Source: Oscillospiraceae bacterium (GTDB lineage: Bacteria; Bacillota; Clostridia; Oscillospirales; Oscillospiraceae). Taken from it: DNA of 64,000 nucleotides. This document shows, piece after piece, positions 28,163-35,600 of the stretch (position 1 is its first letter; each line of letters opens with the position of its first letter). The position numbers and the translations under genes are program-made. Below the pieces are notes generated by a model. The model was not told the origin of the DNA, ran no database searches, and saw only the letters and a program-made list of their open reading frames with translations. The stretch spans positions 62,420 to 126,419 of the forward strand of contig WRAB01000002.1 of assembly GCA_009780435.1 (NCBI GenBank), given 5' to 3'.

Positions 28163-29341
28163 ATGAAACGATACCGCATAGTTTGTCTGCTTTTGGCAAT
28201 CATCTTGCTGTTCAGTCTAGTGCCCGTGGCCGGGGGCTCGGCGGAGGTCGTCTTCACAATGATCAACGGCAACGCCCCGGAGCAGCTCCAGGCCCGGACG
28301 ATGCCTGTACAAATCAACGGTGTCATGCACGTACCCTTGTCAACCTTAGAACGGCTGGGAGTCACTTTTTCACTCCTGCCCGAAGACGAATCCAGCTTCC
28401 GTTTGACCCGGGGTGCCGATGTGTATGTAGAGTTTGATCTATATAGTCAGACTAATATCACCCATCAAGGAGACACTCTCGCCGTTGCCCCGATCCACCG
28501 CCATGGTACGCTGTTCTTCCCTGTCAGCCTCACGCCCACCGTGCCAGGGCCTCTCGCGTCCTTCTTTGGTGCGAATTATCAATTCATCCAAATGGCACCG
28601 GCTCCAGTTCTCAGACTGTACTACGATTTAGGCGGCATCAGCCACGAGACCCTTGCACAAGAGGGGGAACAACTCTTCGGTTTAACAGAGCGACTCAACA
28701 CCTTTACCGGTAGCCCCGTCGGCGGCGGTGGCCCGATTGGTGGCGGTACCGTTGTAGTTCCCCCGTCCCCGCCACCTCCCCCCCCACCGCCTCCACCGCC
28801 GCCATCCCAAGTGGAGGAAGAAGACCTGGAGCCCGTAGATTTAGACTCCCTCCCCGTCCATCAAGTCTATCTCAGTTTCATCGGACTGACTGAAGAGACG
28901 GAGGCCTTACTGAATCAGCTTTCCCGCGCCCGGATCCCCGCCGGATTCTTCGTCACCGCCGCAGATGTGGAGACGTTCCCCGACCTCGTCCGCCGTATCC
29001 ACGGAGAGGGACACCAGTTGGGTATCTATCTGGCAGAAGACGCCGAGAGAGAGTTTGCCGCCACCTCTCGCGCCATCTTTGACGCGGCCCGCTTACGGAC
29101 GGTTCTCGTGGCGGCCCGGACAGATGACGTGGCCCGGAATGCCGACGACCTCGGATTCATTGTCTATGAGACCCCCATTCTGCGAGAATTCAGCGGCGCA
29201 GACGGATCCGTCCGTCTGTCCGGCGACCTCTTGGTGGACAGCGGCAGTGTGACCGCCTATACCCTGACCGCACTGACTGATCGGCTCCGCAGCAATGCCT
29301 ATCGGGCTCTCCGAATCGTGGATTCTATCTTTGCATTTTAG
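28163..29341 (+). CDS. Secreted protein: signal peptide, N-terminal beta-rich domain, Pro13 linker and a C-terminal domain that may be related to polysaccharide deacetylases
   Basis: The signal peptide is MKRYRIVCLLLAIILLFSLVPVAGGSA. The linker PPSPPPPPPPPPPPPS is encoded at about 28765-28810. A GGGAGGGG RBS is present. The domain calls are made by eye only. Confidence 0.65.
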   Translation: MKRYRIVCLLLAIILLFSLVPVAGGSAEVVFTMINGNAPEQLQARTMPVQINGVMHVPLSTLERLGVTFSLLPEDESSFRLTRGADVYVEFDLYSQTNITHQGDTLAVAPIHRHGTLFFPVSLTPTVPGPLASFFGANYQFIQMAPAPVLRLYYDLGGISHETLAQEGEQLFGLTERLNTFTGSPVGGGGPIGGGTVVVPPSPPPPPPPPPPPPSQVEEEDLEPVDLDSLPVHQVYLSFIGLTEETEALLNQLSRARIPAGFFVTAADVETFPDLVRRIHGEGHQLGIYLAEDAEREFAATSRAIFDAARLRTVLVAARTDDVARNADDLGFIVYETPILREFSGADGSVRLSGDLLVDSGSVTAYTLTALTDRLRSNAYRALRIVDSIFAF

Positions 29342-29373
29342 GATATATTGCTACTGTAAGGAGTTTTTTACGA

Positions 29374-30111
29374 ATGATAAAAGCCGTTGTCCTCGCCGCC
29401 GGAAAAGGTACCAGATTGCAGACCGAAGGTTCAGATTTGCCCAAAGTCATGCGCACCGCCCTGGGGGAACCCCTGCTCCACTACGTGCTAGACGCCATTT
29501 CCTTTATCCCGCCCAAGGATACAATCCTCGTGGTGGGCTATCAGAAGGAGATGGTGATCTCTCACTTCACAGGATACGTCTTCGCCGAACAGACAGAACA
29601 ACTCGGCACAGGACACGCTGTTATGGCGGCCAAAGACGCCTTGGGCACGGAGGAGTTCCCCGTCCTGATCTGCTACGGCGACATGCCCTTGCTCCGCCGG
29701 GAGACTTATGAGGATCTGATGGCGACCCATCTACGGGATCAAAACGCCTGTACGATTCTCACCGGCACCACCCATCTGCCCCTGGCCTTTGGCCGGATTG
29801 TCCGGGACGAGGCAGGCCGATTTCTGGAGGTCGTAGAGGATCGGGACTGCACATCGGAGCAAAAGGCCATCACCGAACTCAATGTCGGGGTTTATGTATT
29901 TCAATCCGGCGCCTTGCTCCCGGCGCTAGATCAACTGGGTTGTCACAATAGCCAGGGGGAATATTATCTGACCGACGTCCCTGCCATCCTCCGGGAGGCA
30001 GGCGCCCGTGTCGGCATCTGCAAACGGGAGTTGGGCGATGAGCTCATCGGAGTAAATACGGTAGTGGAGTTACAGCAGGTGGAGCAGTCACTGGCCAGAC
30101 GGGCTGTGTAA
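29374..30111 (+). CDS. Sugar-phosphate nucleotidyltransferase (GlmU N-terminal-domain-like, with no acetyltransferase domain)
   Basis: The motif is MIKAVVLAAGKGTRL...LGTGHAV...YGDMPL. Confidence 0.8.
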   Translation: MIKAVVLAAGKGTRLQTEGSDLPKVMRTALGEPLLHYVLDAISFIPPKDTILVVGYQKEMVISHFTGYVFAEQTEQLGTGHAVMAAKDALGTEEFPVLICYGDMPLLRRETYEDLMATHLRDQNACTILTGTTHLPLAFGRIVRDEAGRFLEVVEDRDCTSEQKAITELNVGVYVFQSGALLPALDQLGCHNSQGEYYLTDVPAILREAGARVGICKRELGDELIGVNTVVELQQVEQSLARRAV

Positions 30112-30143
30112 TTGTTCCGCTGTAATTCTTGCATAAAGGCTGC

Positions 30144-30172
30144 TTGACAAAAGGCGTAAAACACACTATAAT
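30144..30172 (+). promoter_or_regulatory. Consensus sigma-A promoter of the tRNA pair
   Basis: TTGACA (30144-30149), a 17-nt spacer, then TATAAT (30167-30172). Confidence 0.8.
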
Positions 30173-30192
30173 TGCAAAGTGCCTATGTAGTT

Positions 30193-30228
30193 AGCCGGTT
30201 GCTCTAGCGGTATAAAAGCCGGTTGCTC
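30193..30228 (+). repeat. Perfect 12-nt direct repeat AGCCGGTTGCTC x2 in the tRNA leader
   Basis: Copies at 30193-30204 and 30217-30228. Confidence 0.7.
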
Positions 30229-30263
30229 AAAGTGACGAAATGCTGTATTTTCAAAGGCTACGT

Positions 30264-30340
30264 GGGCCTTTAGCTCAGTTGGTTAGAGCATCCGGCTCAT
30301 AACCGGACGGTCCTGGGTTCAAGTCCCCGAAGGCCCACCA
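30264..30340 (+). tRNA. tRNA with a CAU anticodon (elongator Met, or lysidine-dependent Ile2; the GGGCC/GGCCC acceptor stem looks Ile-like)
   Basis: 77 nt. Features are GGGCCTTTAGCTCAGTTGGTTAGAGC..., an anticodon loop CTCATAA, GGTTCAAGTCC, and an encoded CCA. Confidence 0.9.
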
Positions 30341-30343
30341 GAT

Positions 30344-30419
30344 AGGGGTATAGCTCAGTTGGTAGAGCAGCGGTCTCCAAAACCGCGTGCCGAGGGTTCA
30401 AGTCCTTCTGCCCCTGCCA
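30344..30419 (+). tRNA. tRNA-Trp (CCA anticodon)
   Basis: 76 nt. Features are AGGGGTATAGCTCAGTTGGTAGAGC..., an anticodon loop CTCCAAA, a T-arm GGTTCAAGTCC, and an encoded CCA. Confidence 0.92.
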
Positions 30420-30424
30420 AAAAT

Positions 30425-30462
30425 CCCGCAATCCTTGTAGTTTCAATGGGTTGCGGGTTTTG
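30425..30462 (+). terminator. Terminator after the tRNA pair
   Basis: Stem cccgcaa / ttgcggg followed by TTTTGCTTT. Confidence 0.6.
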
Positions 30463-30667
30463 CTTTCCCACCGTGTACGAATTATGTACGAATGAGTTTT
30501 CAGAACCTCTAGTCGATGCCTCTAAAAATAACAAATGATGACCATACTTTTTGTAGTGTGGTCATCATTTGTTTATGCGATTGTGTTCAAAATATCAACC
30601 GCGTTTTCTTCCTCTCGTGAATACAAGTGGCTGTATGTATTCCATGTTTCACTCGTACCATATTTAA

Positions 30668-30706
30668 CGAATATGACATGCTATTGTCACATTCGTGTGG
30701 TATACT
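30668..30706 (+). promoter_or_regulatory. Operator copy 1 plus the -10 box, upstream of the WYL regulator gene
   Basis: cgAATATGACA-tgctat-TGTCACATTcg forms 11-bp arms with 1 mismatch. TGgTATACT follows at 30698-30706. Confidence 0.65.
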
Positions 30707-30723
30707 AGTTCTGGGTGATAACA

Positions 30724-31626
30724 ATGCAAACAAGCCGATTATTTGAAATCATATATCTGCTTCTAAACAAAGACCGTGTAACCGCAAGGGAGCTGGCGGA
30801 GCGTTTTGGCGTTTCCACACGGACAATTTACCGAGACATTGACACAATCAGTTTGGCGGGAATCCCTGTTTACACAGAAAAAGGAAAGGGCGGCGGCATC
30901 AGCTTATTGCCTGATTTTGTGCTGAATAAATCTATTTTAAGCGAAGAGGAGCAGAGCGAGATACTTGCCTCTTTGCAAGGGCTTACACAAATTCAATCCG
31001 CCGATGCTGACCATGTTTTGCAGAAACTATCTACCGTATTCAATAAGACTGCCGTCAAATGGCTGGAGGTGGATTTTTCTGACTGGAGTTTCCATAGGCA
31101 AGATATTTGGGGCGGGTTCAAATCTGCCATTTTGCAAATGCGAATTGTGGAGTTTGACTATTACAGCTCCTATAGCGAAAAAACCCGCCGCCGTGTCGAG
31201 CCGATTCAGCTTTGGTTTAAGTCAAGGGCTTGGTACTTGAAAGCCTACGATCTAACCAAGCGTGACATTAGATTATTTCGACTAAGCCGTGTGCAAAATA
31301 TGAATGTGACTGATAAAACTTTTGCCGAACGAAATCTGCTCATGGAGGAAACAATCAGCTCGCCATCAACGAAGCAAAAGCCTGATGTTACATTGAGGCT
31401 TCGGATCAAATCGGAAATGGCGCACAGGGTACTTGATGAGTTCGCAAGCGTAGTCGAGAAGCAAGAAGCAGACGGCAGCTATATTGTCTCACTCTGTTGG
31501 CCGGAGGATCATTGGGTTTATGGCACAATACTCTCTTTCGGAGAATATATCGAAGTCCTTGGGCCGAAGCATATCCGAGAGATCATTCGGGATAAGGCAA
31601 AGAAAATTTACGAACAATATTCATAA
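30724..31626 (+). CDS. WYL-domain transcriptional regulator (YafY/PafBC/CapW/BrxR-like: wHTH, WYL and a C-terminal extension)
   Basis: The HTH is MQTSRLFEIIYLLLNKDRVTARELAERFGVSTRTIYRDIDTISLAGIPV. The WYL core is RRRVEPIQLWFKSRAWYLKAYD...RLFRLSRV. Confidence 0.85.
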   Translation: MQTSRLFEIIYLLLNKDRVTARELAERFGVSTRTIYRDIDTISLAGIPVYTEKGKGGGISLLPDFVLNKSILSEEEQSEILASLQGLTQIQSADADHVLQKLSTVFNKTAVKWLEVDFSDWSFHRQDIWGGFKSAILQMRIVEFDYYSSYSEKTRRRVEPIQLWFKSRAWYLKAYDLTKRDIRLFRLSRVQNMNVTDKTFAERNLLMEETISSPSTKQKPDVTLRLRIKSEMAHRVLDEFASVVEKQEADGSYIVSLCWPEDHWVYGTILSFGEYIEVLGPKHIREIIRDKAKKIYEQYS

Positions 31627-31662
31627 TATGACACAGCGTTGTCGTATTTAGCGTGATACGCT
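31625..31662 (+). promoter_or_regulatory. Operator copy 2 plus a TAnnnT box, upstream of the Fpg/Nei-like gene
   Basis: AATATGACA-cagcgt-TGTCGTATT (31625-31648), then TACGCT at 31657-31662. It overlaps the stop codon of the WYL gene. Confidence 0.6.
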
Positions 31663-31690
31663 TAAGAGAAACGATAAAAGGAGTTCTAAT

Positions 31691-32521
31691 ATGCTTGAAA
31701 TACCGGAAGCCATTGTAATATCCCGGCAGCTGGATCAAACTGTAAAAGAGAAACGTATCAAAGAAGTCGTCACGGCTGCGTCCCCGCATAAATTTGCTTG
31801 GTACTTCGGCGAGCCGTCTGAGTATGACGCGCTCTTATGTGGGCGCACGATTAAGACCGCTTTTTCCTATGGTGGCCGCATTGAAATATTGGCGGAGGGC
31901 GCGGCTTTGCAGTTCGGTGATGGTGTGAATTTGCGATATTATGAAGCCGATGAAAAGTACCCGGCGAAACATCAACTGCTTCTTGTGTTCGACGACGATT
32001 CCGCATTGGCTGCAACGGTGGCAATGTATGGAATGCTATTCGCCTATCCGTCTCACACCAACCTGGACGACGATTTTTACTATACAGCGGCCAAAGAAGC
32101 TGTGTCGCCCTTGTCCGACGGATTTGATTACCCATATTTCCAGACACTCTTTCATGAAAAGGGACTCAAAATGAGCGCGAAAGCGTTCTTGGCCACAGAG
32201 CAACGGATTCCTGGGCTTGGAAACGGTGTTCTACAGGATATTCTGCTGAATGCAAACGTTTATCCAAAGAAAAAGATGGGCAACTTATCAGAAGCGCAAC
32301 GCCAGGGATTATTTTACAGCTTAAAATCCACGCTTGTGGAAATGACCAATGCCGGCGGTCGTGATACCGAGCGGGATTTGTTTGGCAATCCGGGAGGCTA
32401 TAAAACGAAACTAGGCAAAAACAACAAGCTACTTATCTGCCCAAATTGCGGCGGGTCAGTCAAGAAAGAGGCCTATATGGGTGGGAGTATTTACTTTTGC
32501 GAACAATGCCAAGAGAGATGA
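31691..32521 (+). CDS. Fpg/Nei-family (H2TH plus zinc-finger) DNA glycosylase-like protein with a non-canonical N-terminus, MLEIPE
   Basis: The N-terminus MLEIPEA compares with canonical MPELPEV. The H2TH segment is QRIPGLGNGVLQDILLNANVYP. The C-terminal zinc finger is CPNCGG...FCEQCQ. An AAAGGAG RBS lies 8 nt upstream of the ATG. Confidence 0.8.
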   Translation: MLEIPEAIVISRQLDQTVKEKRIKEVVTAASPHKFAWYFGEPSEYDALLCGRTIKTAFSYGGRIEILAEGAALQFGDGVNLRYYEADEKYPAKHQLLLVFDDDSALAATVAMYGMLFAYPSHTNLDDDFYYTAAKEAVSPLSDGFDYPYFQTLFHEKGLKMSAKAFLATEQRIPGLGNGVLQDILLNANVYPKKKMGNLSEAQRQGLFYSLKSTLVEMTNAGGRDTERDLFGNPGGYKTKLGKNNKLLICPNCGGSVKKEAYMGGSIYFCEQCQER

Positions 32522-32562
32522 GCGAGAACCTTTCTCTTGGGTTGAAAATTTATAGTAGTTTA

Positions 32563-32600
32563 AATAAGACACACTGTTGTCCTGTTTTCTGTGGTATGAT
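32563..32600 (+). promoter_or_regulatory. Operator copy 3 plus the -10 box, upstream of lhr
   Basis: AATAAGACA-cactgt-TGTCCTGTT (32563-32586), then TGgTATGAT at 32592-32600. The ATG lies 6 nt after the -10. Confidence 0.6.
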
Positions 32601-32606
32601 ATTGTT

Positions 32607-35600
32607 ATGAACACCCCTACCCCTTACAAGAAAATATTCCAAGTGCCAACCAGTTCGTGGTTTGAGCGCACTTTGGGCGCGCCTACCGACGTGCAGCGGG
32701 AGGCTTGGCCTGCCATCGCCTCCGGCAAACATGCGCTCGTCTCTGCACCCACCGGGACGGGCAAGACGCTGTCGGCCTTTTTGGTGTTCATCGACCAAAT
32801 GATGGCCGAGGCGCGCGCAGGCGCTTTAGAGCCGGGGCTACAGGTCGTTTACATTTCGCCCTTAAAGTCCCTCGCCGGGGACATCCGCGAGAACTTATAC
32901 CGCCCCTTGGACGGTATCGCCGGCAAGGACGGTAGCCCGCTCACCATCGCCGTTCGCACGGGGGACACCTCCCCGGCTGAGCGGCAGAAGATGGCGAAAA
33001 AACCGCCGCATATTTTAATCACCACCCCGGAGTCTTTATATTTACTGCTCACCTCCGGTTCGGGCCGGAACATGCTGAAGACCGCAAGGGCTGTGATTGC
33101 AGACGAGTTGCACGCCATGATTGACAGCAAGCGGGGCGCACATTTCATGCTCTCCCTCGCGCGGTTGGATGTTTTATGCGGCCGCCCTTTGCAGCGGGTG
33201 GGCCTCTCCGCCACCATTGAGCCGCTTTCCCTTGCGGCGGATTATTTGTCCAACGGCGACACGCCTGTGGAGATCATTGCACCCGCCATGCACAAGGAGT
33301 TTGAAATCCAAATCGCAAACCCCTTTCCCGGCGGGATTTTGCCGGAGGGTACCATCTGGCCGGAGATTGCCCAGAAAGTAATCGAGGCGTGCCGGGGCGC
33401 CCGAAGTGTCATCGCCTTCACCGAAGGGCGCCTGATGGCAGAACAACTGGCCTACTACGTAAACCAGGCGGAGGGCGAAGGCTTTGCTCGCACCCATCAT
33501 GGCAGCGTGTCGAAAGAGCAGCGTTTTGAGGTGGAACACGACCTCCGGGCCGGACGGCTCCGCCTACTCTGTGCCACCTCTTCCATGGAACTGGGCATTG
33601 ACGTGGGCGAGATTGACCTGGTGTTGCAGGTCGCCTGTCCAAACTCCATCGCCAGCCTCATGCAGCGGCTGGGACGGGCGGGACATAATCCTGGGCGGAC
33701 AAGCCGATTGATTATGTTCCCGCGCATGGTGTCGGAAAACTTGTACTCTGCCCTAACCGCACAAGCGGCCCGGGAGGGTGGCATTGAACAAGCTCGCCCG
33801 CCGCGCCTGTGCCTGGATGTGCTGGCACAGCACTTGGTCTCCATGGCGGCCAGTAGCGCATACACCGTGGATGACGTCATGGCTCTGCTGCCCCATGCAT
33901 ATCCCTTCCGTGGTGTGTCACGTGAGGATGTGTACACTGTTTTGCAGATGCTGGCGGGCGATTATGAACACGAGCGCGACTTGCCCGTACGCCCACGCCT
34001 CTATTATGATCGTATCCACCAGCGCGTGGAGGGCGATGCCTACAGTCGGATGCTCGCCACGTCGGCACCCGGAACCATCCCGGACACGGGTATGTACGCG
34101 GCGAAAACCGAGGGCGGCGTGAAAATCGGCGACTTAGACGAAGAATTTGTCATTGAGCAGCGGGTCGGGTTTAAGTTTCTGCTGGGTTCATTTGCGTGGC
34201 GAATCGCGGCAGTGGATAAGGACACGGTCACTGTGGTGCAATCTTCGCCGGAAGGCGCACGGCCGGCGTGGTGGCGGCACGGGGGCCAGGGGCGCGACAC
34301 CCAGACCGGCCTGATCTTCGGACGGCAGATGCGGCAACTCGCCGAGGCGGCACAGGCCGGAGAACTGCTCTCCAGACTTGAACGCTTAGGACTCGAAGCC
34401 CCCGCCGCCAGAGACACCGCGGACTTTATCGAACGACAGGCGGCGGCCACGGGGATTTTACCCGATGACCGCAACTTGATTGCAGAGCATTTCTGTGACG
34501 AGGTGGGGTTACATCAGGTGATGATCCATTCCATTTATGGACGCCGGGTGAATGCGCCACTGGCCATCTTATTGACGCTCACGGCGAAACACCTGACCGG
34601 CATGGATGTGGATGCCTATGACGATGACGACGGCATTTTACTCATGGCCCGGGGCGAGCGCACCCTGCCGGAGGGCTTGCTCCAAGCGATCCGGCCCGAA
34701 ACGGCCAAGTCTATTTTAGAAGCGGCCCTGCCGGGTACGCCGCTGTTTAACACCAGTTTCCGCCACAACGCCGGGCGTGCGCTGATGATGGGCGTGCGTA
34801 AACATACACGGAACCCCCTTTGGATCCAACGAGTACGGGCCAGCGAGATGATGGACGGCGCCATCCGCCACCCAGATCATCCGCTGATCCGCGAGACAAA
34901 ACGGGAGTGTTTAGAAGACACTTGGGACTTGCCGGGACTGGAACGCTTGCTCTCAGATATGCAATCCGGTACGGTGCAGGTACGCGAACTATATCTGGAC
35001 GATCCCTCGCCCATGTCCCTGCCGCTGCGTCGGCAGGCGGAAGTCGATTTGGTTTATGCCTACACCCCCACCACGGAGAATATCCTCACCGCCGCGGCGG
35101 AGGCCGCCCAGACCGCTGTGAACGAGGCGATCAAACCGAATACCAATCAACTCACACGGGTTTCCCAGCGGCAAAAACTGCCTGAGGACGTGCGGAGTTT
35201 GCACACGACGCTTATGATCGAGGGAGATTTGATCGCCGGAGAATTGCCCGTACCCTTGGAGTGGTTTGAGACCTTAGCCGAGGCGGGGCGCTGTCTTTAC
35301 ATTGAACCCGGGCTGTGGATCGCGGCGGAGCATGAGGCCGTCTACCAAGCCGCTTTGGAAGAGGGCGGGGCGGAAGCACGTCAAACTATGGTGCGGCGCG
35401 CCCTACGCTATCGCGGCGCGATGGATGCCGTAGAACTCGCCAAGCGCTATTTCTGGCCCCGGGAGACGGCACAGGTTGTGCTGGAAGCGCTCTGCGAACA
35501 GGGCAGTGTCATCCTAGACGCAGGCCTATACTACCACGCCGAACTCTACGAGCGCGCTCGCCGTGCCACCATCACGGAGCGGCGGCAGGTGCAGACGGTG

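Noticed and set aside
30420-30714. An integrase, an att site or a small divergent ORF (31 aa, MSYSLNMVRVKHGIHTATCIHERKKTRLIF) next to the tRNA pair.
   Set aside because: No integrase-like ORF is present, and I could find no repeat of the tRNA-Trp 3-prime end by eye. The 31-aa ORF has no RBS and shows no conservation signal that I can judge.
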